A stretch of 64,000 nucleotides of DNA from a bacterium. GTDB taxonomy: Bacteria; Patescibacteriota; Minisyncoccia; Phycocordibacterales; UBA2100. The first letter of the stretch is position 1. Each line of letters begins with the position of its first letter. The stretch is taken from the NCBI GenBank assembly GCA_030674455.1, contig JAUSGQ010000015.1, positions 5,574 through 69,573 on the forward strand, read 5' to 3'. The position numbers were made by a program, and so were the translations under genes. This document shows positions 17,904 to 27,049 of the stretch, one piece after another. The notes under the pieces were generated by a model, which saw only the letters and a program-made list of their open reading frames with translations, did not search any database and had not been told where the DNA came from.

Positions 17904-18644
17904 CCCCTTCTCGTATGCCTCCGCAATCGCGTTCACCACGAGCCGGATACTGCGCACGGATGTGTCGTTCGCCGGCACCGGATACTGCACTTGAGAAAAG
18001 TCGCAGTCCGAGCTTGAAAGGCCGATGACTGGAATTCCCAACTGGTTCGCCTCGCGTACCGCTGTAAACTCACGCTTCGTATCTACGATGAAAAGCGCCG
18101 CCGGAAGGTCAAGCATTTTCACCAATCCGCCAAAGCGCGCAAGAAGCTCTGTTATCTCCCGGTCAATGAGAAGGCGTTCTTTTTTCGTGTACTTCTCAAG
18201 CTCGCCCGAGTCACGTTCGCTCATAAGCTTTTCCAAACGGTCGATTCGCTTTCGGATATTCTTGAAATTCGTGAGCGAGCCCCCTATCCAGCGTCCGGCA
18301 ACATACGGCGCGCCAATACGCAGGGCGACTTCCTTAACGATATCAACCGCCTCATTCTTGCCGCCGACGAAGAGAAGCTGTTTTGAACTCACAGACTTCG
18401 CACCAGCTTGCGGAGCGCCAACAGCGGGAGTATTACCCGCGATAGAACGCGCGAATTCGCAAGCCGCCTCGAGGCGCTTCTGGGTTTGCTCAAGGTCAAA
18501 AATGTCGTTGCGGTCTTTAGTGCCGAAAATGAAAGGCGAAGCTGTTGGGTGGCGGCGCGTGCGCGAATAGCCAAAATGTGCGCCTGCATCAAACAGAGTT
18601 TTAATGTCTTGTGTTCCTGCGGTCACCCCATTAGAAGTTATCAT
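17856..18644 (-). CDS. rpsB: 30S ribosomal protein S2
   Basis: AGAHFG, RWIGGSLTNF, PANDTSVRSI. Confidence 0.97.
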   Translation of the reverse strand: MITSNGVTAGTQDIKTLFDAGAHFGYSRTRRHPTASPFIFGTKDRNDIFDLEQTQKRLEAACEFARSIAGNTPAVGAPQAGAKSVSSKQLLFVGGKNEAVDIVKEVALRIGAPYVAGRWIGGSLTNFKNIRKRIDRLEKLMSERDSGELEKYTKKERLLIDREITELLARFGGLVKMLDLPAALFIVDTKREFTAVREANQLGIPVIGLSSSDCDFSQVQYPVPANDTSVRSIRLVVNAIAEAYEKGKSQSANDANATNIHK

Positions 18645-18844
18645 GGTTGTATGTGATTGTTTTTTGGATTCTTTAAGCACCCCCTCGTCGCATTAAAACC
18701 ACGCGTTTTCTGAACTTCAAACGGGGCAGGTGTCGCGCGAGTGTATCACAGGCAATAGGCACTAGGCAAATGACCGTACAGTCCGTAACCAGCAGTTACT
18801 AGTTAGTTGTCAATGTACCAAGGGGCGCCCTTGCCGCTTCTTTG

Positions 18845-18884
18845 TATTGCTTTAGCAAATGCGGCCGCATTTTCTAAAGCAATA
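18845..18884. repeat. Orphan 40-bp palindrome (family G)
   Basis: TATTGCTTTAGCAAATGCGGCCGCATTTTCTAAAGCAATA; related copy at 40013. Confidence 0.85.
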
Positions 18885-19006
18885 TGCAGTCATACCAACA
18901 TTTTCAGTATCCGATACTTAGTTATAGACCTAAGTATCTGGATGCAAAAATCGCGAGACGCTCTGGACACTTTCGCCACTTTGTACTTATTGGTATCGTA
19001 TAGGTT

Positions 19007-19348
19007 ATGGGAAAACGCATGATAGTCCGGCGTCGGAACATACCCTGCTCGATATGCGAGAGGGTCATGCACGTTGTTTTCTACAGAGACCGTAGCTATC
19101 GCGGCGGACATTATTTTGGAAAAATTCCGATGTATCGGAAATCGGAGTTGGACAAAATGAGGCATCGCGGGCTCCACAAATCAAACATCACTCCAACGTG
19201 GACAGTCGATGTCTACAATTATGACCCCAAGCCATATGCTCATTTCGAGTATTGGGAGTGTCCGGAATGCTACTGGCATCCGAGAGTAAGAATCAACGAG
19301 ATACGCGCTTCTCGGGTCAAGGTTGCAGTGAAAAAGAAGAGGTGCTAA
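19007..19348 (+). CDS. Hypothetical Zn-ribbon-like protein
   Basis: CSIC ... GGHYFGKI ... EYWECPEC. Confidence 0.6.
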   Translation: MGKRMIVRRRNIPCSICERVMHVVFYRDRSYRGGHYFGKIPMYRKSELDKMRHRGLHKSNITPTWTVDVYNYDPKPYAHFEYWECPECYWHPRVRINEIRASRVKVAVKKKRC

Positions 19349-19416
19349 AAGCGTCTACTAAATCGCTGGATTCTACAAGTGCTTGCACAATTTTGTACAT
19401 TTTGTACAATGTGTGC

Positions 19417-19668
19417 ATGAAGATTCTCACAACAACCAGCGCGCGCAAGCACATCGGAGACATTGTGAATCGCGCGAAATACCGCGGTGAGGTTTTTGCG
19501 ATCGGCAGGCGCGACTCGATTGATGCGGTTCTCATTGGATTCCCCAGATTCTACAATGCGGCGCTGGACGACATAACGAATGTGAACGCGTATTCCAGAA
19601 GCTTCGATTTTTTGGAGAACGAGCCCGATATCTATTCCGCTTCCGATTTGAAGGAGCGCTATGTCTAA
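19417..19668 (+). CDS. Phd/YefM-like antitoxin
   Basis: TTSARKHIGDIVNRAKYRGE N-terminus; overlaps toxin start; promoter TTGCAC-16-TACAAT with TTTTGTACA repeats. Confidence 0.75.
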   Translation: MKILTTTSARKHIGDIVNRAKYRGEVFAIGRRDSIDAVLIGFPRFYNAALDDITNVNAYSRSFDFLENEPDIYSASDLKERYV

Positions 19669-19981
19669 AGGGCGCATTGTCCTCATTCCATTCCCTTTCA
19701 CCGACCTCTCGGGACAGAAAGTTCGTCCCGCGCTTATACTGCACGTATCGCGCGGCGATGATTGCATCGTCGCATTCATTTCTTCGCGAGCCGAGCAGAA
19801 AAGTCCTTTTGATGTTCGCATCTCCGCGACACATGCGAACGGCCTCAAAATAAATTCGGTCATAAAAGTCGATAAGCTCGCGACACTGCAAAAGAAGATT
19901 GTTATCGGTGAGCTAGGCGTTGCAGAACATCCGGTGCGTCGCGCCGTGGACGCGGCACTGCGGAAATTACTCCGCGTATGA
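19661..19981 (+). CDS. PemK/MazF-family toxin
   Basis: GRIVLIPFPFTDLSGQKVRPAL, GLKINSVIKVDKLATL. Confidence 0.9.
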   Translation: MSKGRIVLIPFPFTDLSGQKVRPALILHVSRGDDCIVAFISSRAEQKSPFDVRISATHANGLKINSVIKVDKLATLQKKIVIGELGVAEHPVRRAVDAALRKLLRV

Positions 19982-20025
19982 ACGTGTGGACGCAGACGAG
20001 GTAAATTCATGATAAAGTAGTGCTT

Positions 20026-20631
20026 ATGAATAAACACAGCAAAGAACGCACGCTCGTTATCATCAAGCCCGATGGCATCCAGCGCTCGCTCATCGGCGAA
20101 ATAATGGTGCGATACGAACGGCTCGGCCTCAAGTTGGTTGGCCTCAAAATGGTCATCCCTACCACAGAGCAAATCGAGGGCCACTACACACTAGACCCGA
20201 ATTGGCGGCGCGTAACGGGCGAAAAGACGATTAAGAGCTACCGCGACCGGGGGCTTCCCCCACCGTCGGAAGACCCGCTCGCGATTACGGCGGTAATTCT
20301 CAAAAATCTCAAAAAGTACATGACAGCCGGCCCCGTCATCTGCATGGTGTGGGAGGGCGCGCACGCGGTAGAGCTCGTCCGCAAGATTACAGGCGGCACG
20401 GAACCGCGCTCGGCGCAAGTTGGAACCATCCGCGGAGACTTCGTGCTGGATTCCTACATAATGTCAGACCAAGACGACAGGGCCGTACGCAATCTCATCC
20501 ACGCTTCCGGTTCTGTTCCCGAAGCGGAAATGGAAATCCCCCACTGGTTCGAAAAAGAAGAGCTTATTGATTACAAAGTCTCGCACGAAGATATCATTTA
20601 CGGAAAAGAGTTGGAGGGAATTCTTCCTTGA
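20026..20631 (+). CDS. ndk: Nucleoside diphosphate kinase
   Basis: ERTLVIIKPDG, GTIRGDF, NLIHASGS. Confidence 0.95.
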   Translation: MNKHSKERTLVIIKPDGIQRSLIGEIMVRYERLGLKLVGLKMVIPTTEQIEGHYTLDPNWRRVTGEKTIKSYRDRGLPPPSEDPLAITAVILKNLKKYMTAGPVICMVWEGAHAVELVRKITGGTEPRSAQVGTIRGDFVLDSYIMSDQDDRAVRNLIHASGSVPEAEMEIPHWFEKEELIDYKVSHEDIIYGKELEGILP

Positions 20632-20708
20632 CCAAACGCGAGTGTATCTTGCATTAAGTATCTGTGAACAACTTCCTTTACAAATTTTTATGTCGCGGGA
20701 TACTTAAC

Positions 20709-20968
20709 CCAGCGACAGGTATCACACCTGCTGGTACAACTTAGGGAGCTCGAATCGCTTCATGCTTTTGGTGTGAATGCTGAGAGCACCCACCTGGTAA
20801 AACCCAGGCTTGCCGTGCCTGCCGCGCCTTGCCGCCCCGCTAACTGCGGGGCGCTAGAGCGTAAGGGTAATCTAAAGACTGAAAGACAAACTCGAGAGCG
20901 TGCCGCAAGATGGAAAGGGCGTTTTCGGGGCCGCCCATAGAAACTCCGCATCCGCGGGGTTTTTGTGT
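20709..20968 (+). ncRNA. Putative structured non-coding RNA, family unidentified
   Basis: No credible ORF; promoter-like TTTACA-16-GATACT upstream, several hairpins, a long-range helix, terminator-like hairpin. Confidence 0.45.
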
Positions 20969-21068
20969 TTTAGGGAGTGCGGATGCGGTATCATCGTAGC
21001 CGATGCGGCCGCATCGGCTATGATGATACGGTCTTGACATATGTTTAAGCTATATATAAACTATACGC

Positions 21069-21335
21069 ATGACTACACAGGTGGTATTTAATATAGACTC
21101 GAAGGTAAAGGCGCGCGCAATGGAACGAGCCAAGCGCGAGGGTATTCCCTTTGCTTCAGTGTTGAAGCTCGCCACAAAAGCTTTTGCCGAGGGGCAATTC
21201 TCCATTGGAATCGTTGATGAAATTCTTCCTCAAAAGATGCGGCTGCTTGAGCGTGAGTCAAAATTGCTTGACAAAGGAAAAGGCCGTCGTTTTTCTTCTG
21301 TGAAAGACGCTCTCGCTTTTGTGGAGCATCTATAA
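21069..21335 (+). CDS. RHH antitoxin (RelB/DinJ-like)
   Basis: QVVFNIDSKVK..., C-terminal RFSSVKDAL; promoter TTGACA-17-TAAACT. Confidence 0.75.
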   Translation: MTTQVVFNIDSKVKARAMERAKREGIPFASVLKLATKAFAEGQFSIGIVDEILPQKMRLLERESKLLDKGKGRRFSSVKDALAFVEHL

Positions 21336-21338
21336 TAT

Positions 21339-21620
21339 ATGCGCGAGCGAGAACCGAATCGGCTGACTTTCTCGCCTTGGTTCGAGAAGGTGCTTCGGTC
21401 CTTAAAACGAAAGAATCCGAATCTGGTTCGCGCGTTTGCAAAACACCTGCCAAAAATTGTTGCGAATCCAGAACTGGGCAAGCCGTTACGACATTCTCTT
21501 CGAAACTATCGTCGCATTCATATTGAAGGTTCATTTGTCCTTTTGTATGAGATACGAGAACGCGAGGTATACCTTATTGACCTCGACCACCACGATAAGG
21601 TATACAAAAAATACTCGTAG
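21339..21620 (+). CDS. RelE/YafQ-family toxin
   Basis: GKPLRHSLRNYRRIHI..FVLLYEI..DHHDKVY. Confidence 0.85.
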   Translation: MREREPNRLTFSPWFEKVLRSLKRKNPNLVRAFAKHLPKIVANPELGKPLRHSLRNYRRIHIEGSFVLLYEIREREVYLIDLDHHDKVYKKYS

Positions 21621-21688
21621 TCGGACTCAAAGGGCTACCCTTGGAATGGTTCATAGAAACTCCGCATCCGCGGGGTTTTTGTGTAATA

Positions 21689-22186
21689 CTATTGTCCTCT
21701 TGTCGTTCTTTCAATCATTTTATTGAGATCATCTAAATACGGACCCTGGCAATTGGCTAATTTAAAGAAGGTTATATACCCACTTATAACTGCACCCTTG
21801 GCAAATCCTTGCGCTGTGTCTTTTTCATAATCTCTGACGTCAACGATACAGTTCATCCCAAGCATCCTTGTTCCATCGGTTAGAGAAGGTCCTTCCAAAT
21901 AAATCTCACAGTTACTTATTGACCCGCCCTTAATTACCGTAGCGCCACCGCCGACTTTTGCGGGCGTACACGTTTTATAGTTTCTCGTAAAGCAGTTTTG
22001 ATCAGTGCCACAGTCAATAGCGTTGTTAGTTGCTGAAGTTGAGGGTTGCGTAGTAACTTGACTAGTAACCTGTGTCGCTGGTGTGTTTGATGTAGATTTT
22101 GATTGTTGATTTTTATTAAAGTAAAAATAACCAAAACCCGCAACTACCAGTAGAACAATCAAATCGATTATAATTTTTTTACTCAT
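21689..22186 (-). CDS. Hypothetical exported Cys-containing protein
   Basis: Signal anchor, S/T-rich linker, DCGTDQNCF..CTPA; visibly AT-rich. Confidence 0.7.
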   Translation of the reverse strand: MSKKIIIDLIVLLVVAGFGYFYFNKNQQSKSTSNTPATQVTSQVTTQPSTSATNNAIDCGTDQNCFTRNYKTCTPAKVGGGATVIKGGSISNCEIYLEGPSLTDGTRMLGMNCIVDVRDYEKDTAQGFAKGAVISGYITFFKLANCQGPYLDDLNKMIERTTRGQ

Positions 22187-22330
22187 ATCATTTAATAATC
22201 ATTTCTTTTTATTTCTAATGCCGTAATGCTACCCCCCCCTCAAGATACGCAAGCGACAAAAAAGGAAAGGTCCTCGGAAGTTCACCTCCGTGTTTGAAGG
22301 GGACACCTTGACGCTCCCAGCTTCAACGAG

Positions 22331-22388
22331 AAGGTACGAGGTTTTTTGACGGTACGGGTTCATCTTCCGTCAAAAAACCTCGTACCTT
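22331..22388. repeat. Perfect 22-bp inverted repeat with 14-nt loop
   Basis: AAGGTACGAGGTTTTTTGACGG / CCGTCAAAAAACCTCGTACCTT. Confidence 0.85.
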
Positions 22389-22398
22389 TGAGCCCCTC

Positions 22399-22436
22399 CC
22401 TCTCGCAAGAGAGGCCAGGTTTGTTATATTAGTAAG
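22399..22436 (+). promoter_or_regulatory. Promoter motif shared by leuC and leuA
   Basis: 32/38 identical to 25270-25307; contains extended -10 TGnTATATT. Confidence 0.75.
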
Positions 22437-22449
22437 TACAACTAAATGT

Positions 22450-23907
22450 ATGGCAAAAGCAAAAACTGAAACAACAAGCAAGGCGACAAAAAAGACCCTG
22501 TACGAAAAGCTGTGGGATGCGCATGTGGTGCGCGAAGCAAAGGGCGAACCTACTATATTGTATATAGACCTGCATCTAATCCACGAGGTTACTACGCCGC
22601 AGGCATTCACCGGATTGCACAACCGCAAACTGCCTGTTCGCCGTACCGACCTCACCATCGCGACCATGGACCATTCGGTGCCTTCCGCAAATCGCAAGAA
22701 GCTCCCGTGGCCCGACGTCATGGCGCAAAAGCAAGTAGAGATGCTGGCGAAGAACTGCAAGAAGCATGGCATCACGCTCTACGGTCTCGACAGCGAGCAT
22801 CAGGGTATCGTACACGTCATCGGGCCGGAACTTGGTATCACACAACCGGGAAAAACAATCGTCTGCGGAGACAGCCACACATCCACGCACGGCGCTTTCG
22901 GTGCGCTTGCCTTCGGCATCGGCACGTCGGAAGTCGAGCACGTACTCGCCACACAGTGCCTGCTTCAGAACAAAACAAAAACGATGGCAATCACCGTAAA
23001 CGGCTCGCTCAAGCCCGGCGTCTATTCCAAAGACATTATCCTGCGCATCATCCACGAGCTCGGCATCGGCGGAGGAACCGGCTATACCTTTGAATATCGC
23101 GGGAGCGCCATCCGCGCCCTCTCGATGGAAGCGCGCATGTCGATCTGCAATATGAGTATCGAAGCCGGCGCGCGCGCGGGAATAATAGCTCCCGACCAGA
23201 CCACAATTGATTACCTCGAAAAGCGCGTGAAATTCAAAAATGATGGCCGTCTACAGGTGCCGACCATGGACCGGTCGGCCGAAAAAAAGCAGGCCATCGC
23301 GAAGTGGCTCTCATGGCAATCCGATGAAGGCGCAAAATTCGACGAAGAACTCATCATTGATGCGGCTACTATTGAGCCGATGGTCACATGGGGTACGAAC
23401 CCGGGCATGTCTGTCGGCATCAGCCAAAAAATCCCAAAAGAAGAAAACGAGGACATCAAAAAAGCACTGGAGTATATGGGGCTCAAGGGAGGCCAAATGA
23501 TGCGCGGGCAAAAAATTGATTACGTATTTTTCGGCAGCTGCACCAACTCCCGCATTGAAGACCTGCGCATAGAAGCGAATATCCTCAAAGGCAAAAAAAT
23601 CGCTCCCGGCGTCACCGTCTTCGCGGTTCCCGGCTCATTCGAGGTCAAAAAGCAGGCCGAAGCCGAGGGACTCCACAAAATATTTCTCGATGCCGGGTGT
23701 GAGTGGCGCGAAGCTGGCTGCTCAATGTGCATCGGCATGAATGGCGACCTTGTGCCTTCGGGAAAATACTGCGCTTCCACTTCAAACCGCAACTTCATCG
23801 GCCGCCAAGGCCGAGGAGCCCGCACGCTCCTCATGTCGCCCGCGATGGCCGCGGTCGCCGCAATTCTAGGCGCTGTCGGCGATTCCCGCGACTACATAAA
23901 GATATGA
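22450..23907 (+). CDS. leuC: 3-isopropylmalate dehydratase large subunit
   Basis: HEVTTPQAF, CGDSHTSTHG, GSCTNSRIEDLR, GCSMCIGMN, STSNRNF. Confidence 0.97.
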   Translation: MAKAKTETTSKATKKTLYEKLWDAHVVREAKGEPTILYIDLHLIHEVTTPQAFTGLHNRKLPVRRTDLTIATMDHSVPSANRKKLPWPDVMAQKQVEMLAKNCKKHGITLYGLDSEHQGIVHVIGPELGITQPGKTIVCGDSHTSTHGAFGALAFGIGTSEVEHVLATQCLLQNKTKTMAITVNGSLKPGVYSKDIILRIIHELGIGGGTGYTFEYRGSAIRALSMEARMSICNMSIEAGARAGIIAPDQTTIDYLEKRVKFKNDGRLQVPTMDRSAEKKQAIAKWLSWQSDEGAKFDEELIIDAATIEPMVTWGTNPGMSVGISQKIPKEENEDIKKALEYMGLKGGQMMRGQKIDYVFFGSCTNSRIEDLRIEANILKGKKIAPGVTVFAVPGSFEVKKQAEAEGLHKIFLDAGCEWREAGCSMCIGMNGDLVPSGKYCASTSNRNFIGRQGRGARTLLMSPAMAAVAAILGAVGDSRDYIKI

Positions 23908-24040
23908 AGTCCCAATCTACAAATGATACGAATACTACCTGCCCGCCGAAGCCTCGGCGCAGGCGGGCGAATGGCTACGAATACACGTGGTTTAACATTT
24001 GTAGTTATTTGTAGATTGGAATAAATTTGTAGATTGGTAC
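23904..24040 (+). repeat. Family D copy 3 (carries nested family C at 23938-23967)
   Basis: ATGAAGTCCCAATC...GATTGGTAC; its ATG overlaps the leuC TGA. Confidence 0.9.
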
Positions 24041-24044
24041 ACCT

Positions 24045-24644
24045 ATGAAATCATCTCAATTCAAAGACCTCACATCCACGCTCGCACCCCTGATGCGCGA
24101 CAATGTCGACACCGACCAGATAATTCCGGCGCGCTTTCTCACGGCAACCGACAAAAAGGGATTCGGCATGCGCCTCTTCATGGATTTGCGCTACGAGGAT
24201 GACGGCTTCACGCCCAAGCCCGATTTCGTCCTGAACCAAAAGAAATACAAGAGCGCAAAAATCCTTCTCGCGCATGAAAATTTCGGCTGCGGTTCCTCAC
24301 GCGAACACGCGCCCTGGGCCATCATCGGCGCAGGCTTTACTGCCGTCATCGCGGTCTCATTCGCCGACATATTCAAAAATAATTCGGCAAAAAATGGCTT
24401 GCTCCTCGTCGAACTGCCCCGAGAAGTGATAGACGCGATGCATGCCGACGTCGAAAAAAACCCTAAAGAGAAAGCAAGTATAAATTTGGAAAAGCAAACG
24501 CTCACGTGGAAAAAGCAGGCGCACACATTCGCAATCAACCCGTTCGTTAAGAAGTGCCTTATGGAAGGCCTTGATGACATCGGATACACTTTAAGCTTCG
24601 CTAAGGAAATCAAATCGTTCGAAAACACAAGAGATCAGGCATAA
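24045..24644 (+). CDS. leuD: 3-isopropylmalate dehydratase small subunit
   Basis: NVDTDQIIPARFL, NFGCGSSREHAPWA. Confidence 0.97.
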   Translation: MKSSQFKDLTSTLAPLMRDNVDTDQIIPARFLTATDKKGFGMRLFMDLRYEDDGFTPKPDFVLNQKKYKSAKILLAHENFGCGSSREHAPWAIIGAGFTAVIAVSFADIFKNNSAKNGLLLVELPREVIDAMHADVEKNPKEKASINLEKQTLTWKKQAHTFAINPFVKKCLMEGLDDIGYTLSFAKEIKSFENTRDQA

Positions 24645-24767
24645 ATGCTCGGGGCATGCGACCTTTCATTGACGATTCATGGATGTGCCTATATGAGCAA
24701 TGTGCCTGTGGGCGGAAGCCCCTTTTCGGCTAAGGATTCCCAAAGCTGAAGACAGGCGCACCAAAGA

Positions 24768-24797
24768 GCGCCACCATACGGTGGTGTTTTTTGTTTT
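24768..24797 (+). terminator. Intrinsic terminator after leuD
   Basis: GCGCCACC-ATAC-GGTGGTGT followed by a T tract. Confidence 0.7.
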
Positions 24798-24870
24798 CTA
24801 ATCTAACCACTGCTAGCAAAACCATTTTTGCTTTCAATTCTCACCTCGCTCCCACATTTTCTAACCATTC

Positions 24871-25161
24871 TCATTCTAACATTTTGCAAAATGTTAGAAC
24901 GTGAACTGCACGGGCGGTTAGCTTATGCCTTACGCTCCTCGCGTCGTAGCGTTTCAGAATGAGTCCTGCAATTGCCATCTTGCGCAGGTGGTCGGATGCA
25001 TTCTCGTACCCGATGTTCAATCGCTCGGCGATATCCTCAACCGAAAGCTCCGGCTCTTTGTGCAACAGGTTAAGAATTTCGAGCCGCCGGTGATTCGCAA
25101 AACCTTTTACCACCCTCTCAAGCCGCCGATAGTTAGTTGGATTGTTAGTCGCTCCTGTCAT
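24871..25161 (-). CDS. ArsR-like winged-helix protein, paralog 1
   Basis: KGFANHRRLEIL..LSVEDIAERL..SDHLRKM; the last codons are the palindrome 24874-24899. Confidence 0.85.
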   Translation of the reverse strand: MTGATNNPTNYRRLERVVKGFANHRRLEILNLLHKEPELSVEDIAERLNIGYENASDHLRKMAIAGLILKRYDARSVRHKLTARAVHVLTFCKMLE

Positions 25162-25169
25162 GCTTGCAT

Positions 25170-25215
25170 GTTATCCACATTCTAACATTTTGCAAAATGT
25201 TAGAATGTGGATAAC
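25170..25215. repeat. Perfect 46-bp palindrome upstream of ArsR paralog 1, capped by DnaA-box sequences
   Basis: GTTATCCACATTCTAACATTTTGCAAAATGTTAGAATGTGGATAAC; the 26-bp core recurs at 24874-24899. Confidence 0.92.
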
Positions 25216-25269
25216 CGAATGAGCGGAGAGATGAAATCTCGATGAGAAAACGGTCGAGACGTAGCCGCG

Positions 25270-25307
25270 CCTCTCGCAAGAAAAGCCAGTTCTGCTATAT
25301 TAGTGAG
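25270..25307 (+). promoter_or_regulatory. Promoter motif shared by leuA and leuC
   Basis: CCTCTCGCAAGAAAAGCCAGTTCTGCTATATTAGTGAG. Confidence 0.75.
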
Positions 25308-25318
25308 ACCAAAACAAT

Positions 25319-27049
25319 ATGCGTAATTCAGCAAAAAAATACCGTTCGTTTCCGCCCGTCGGCCTCAAAGACCGGACGTGGCCAAACAAGACCATAACCA
25401 AAGCGCCTCGCTGGTGCTCTGTCGATTTGCGCGACGGCAATCAGGCGCTCATAACGCCGATGAACCTTGAGCAGAAACTCAACATGTTCAAACTGCTCGT
25501 GGACATAGGATTCAAGGAAATCGAGGTGGGCTTCCCTTCCGCTTCGCAGGTGGAATTTGATTTTGTCCGCACGCTTATCGAGCGCAAGTTGATTCCGGCC
25601 GACGTTACCATCCAAGTGCTGACGCAAGCGCGCGAACACCTCATCGAAACCACGTGCCGCTCGCTCGTGGGAGCTAAGCGCGCGCTCATTCACGTGTACA
25701 ACTCCACTTCGGAACTCCAGCGCCGCGTCGTATTCCGAATGGGCAAGAAGGAGGTAAAAGAGCTGGCCGTCAAAGGAACCGCATGGACGCGCCAGTACAG
25801 CGAGAAATATCTTAATGGCACGGATGTCTTCTACGAATACAGTCCCGAAAGCTTCATGGGAACAGAGCTGGATTTCGCAGTTGAGGTGTGCGACGCAGTC
25901 GTCGATGAATGGAAACCGAAAGCTGGAGAAAGGGTCATCATCAATTTGCCCAACACGGTTGAACTCGCAACCCCCAATATTTACGCCGACCAAATCGAGT
26001 GGTTCTGCCGACACTTCAAATCACGCGACAAAGCGATTATCAGTCTTCACTGCCACAACGACCGCGGGAGCGCAGTTGCTGCGTCCGAGCTCGGCATCAT
26101 GGCCGGCGCCGAACGCGTGGAAGGCACGCTCTTCGGCAACGGCGAGCGCACCGGCAATGTCGACATCATCACGCTCGCGCTCAATCTCCACACACAGGGC
26201 ATCGACCCGGGACTCGACCTGCACGATATGGACCACTGCATTGAAGTCTACGAATCATGCACCGACCTCACCGTCCCCCCGCGCCATCCATACGCGGGCG
26301 AATTGGTCTTTACCGCATTTTCCGGCTCGCATCAAGACGCGATAGACAAGGGCTTCCGTGCGATGAAAGATTCCGGGAAAACTCTCTGGGAAGTTCCCTA
26401 CATCCCGATGGACCCCAAAGATGTCGGCCACACCTACGAGGCGGTCATCCGCATCAACAGCCAGTCCGGCAAGGGAGGCGTTGCGCACATTCTGCGCGTC
26501 GAGTTCGGCTACAACACACCGAAGGCGATGCACCCCGAGTTGGGCAAGATGATCCAACGCATTTCCGACGCGACCGGCCAAGAAGTACTGCCAGGAGTAA
26601 TCCGAAAAGCGTTTGAGGATGAATATCTGAATCGTTCGAGCCCAGTCTCGCTCGAGAGTTTCAAGATCAGCGACCAGAGCGGCCTAAATGGCGACGTCAC
26701 CTCAATTTCTGCAGTCATCAAAAAGGACGGGAAAAAGCGCACGGTTAAAGACACCGGCAACGGCCCTATCGATGCCTTCAGCAAAGCACTCAAGCGCGCT
26801 GGCGCTGGCCACTACACGTTCCTCTCATACGAGGAACACGCGCTCGGCAAAGGCGAAGACGCGCGCGCCGTCGCCTACATTCAAATAGCCGATGAACATG
26901 GCAAAGCATATTTCGGCGTCGGCACCGATTTCAACATTGTCGGCGCATCTCTGCGCGCTCTTTTGAGCGCACTGAATCGTTCGGAACAATCTAAAACCGA
27001 CAAATCAAAACAGAAAGCATCCGCCACCGGCGCAAAGAAACACACATGA
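25319..27049 (+). CDS. leuA: 2-isopropylmalate synthase (actinobacterial/yeast type)
   Basis: WCSVDLRDGNQAL, SLHCHNDRG, GNGERTGN, IRINSQSGKGG. Confidence 0.97.
   Translation: MRNSAKKYRSFPPVGLKDRTWPNKTITKAPRWCSVDLRDGNQALITPMNLEQKLNMFKLLVDIGFKEIEVGFPSASQVEFDFVRTLIERKLIPADVTIQVLTQAREHLIETTCRSLVGAKRALIHVYNSTSELQRRVVFRMGKKEVKELAVKGTAWTRQYSEKYLNGTDVFYEYSPESFMGTELDFAVEVCDAVVDEWKPKAGERVIINLPNTVELATPNIYADQIEWFCRHFKSRDKAIISLHCHNDRGSAVAASELGIMAGAERVEGTLFGNGERTGNVDIITLALNLHTQGIDPGLDLHDMDHCIEVYESCTDLTVPPRHPYAGELVFTAFSGSHQDAIDKGFRAMKDSGKTLWEVPYIPMDPKDVGHTYEAVIRINSQSGKGGVAHILRVEFGYNTPKAMHPELGKMIQRISDATGQEVLPGVIRKAFEDEYLNRSSPVSLESFKISDQSGLNGDVTSISAVIKKDGKKRTVKDTGNGPIDAFSKALKRAGAGHYTFLSYEEHALGKGEDARAVAYIQIADEHGKAYFGVGTDFNIVGASLRALLSALNRSEQSKTDKSKQKASATGAKKHT

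Larger units (their letters stand above)
20936..21684 (+). mobile_element. TA cassette bounded by identical 33-bp direct repeats
   Basis: CATAGAAACTCCGCATCCGCGGGGTTTTTGTGT at 20936-20968 and 21652-21684. Confidence 0.7.

Noticed and set aside
20770-20870. TPP-riboswitch-like fragments (GCTGAGA..ACCC..ACCTG)
   Set aside because: The P5/TAAT portion is missing and no thiamine gene follows.
24745-24775. Hammerhead-like CTGAAGA core
   Set aside because: No GAAA after the following stem.
25170-25215. Replication origin suggested by two perfect DnaA boxes
   Set aside because: Only two boxes, explained by palindrome symmetry; no dnaA/dnaN or unwinding element nearby. DnaA binding is not excluded.
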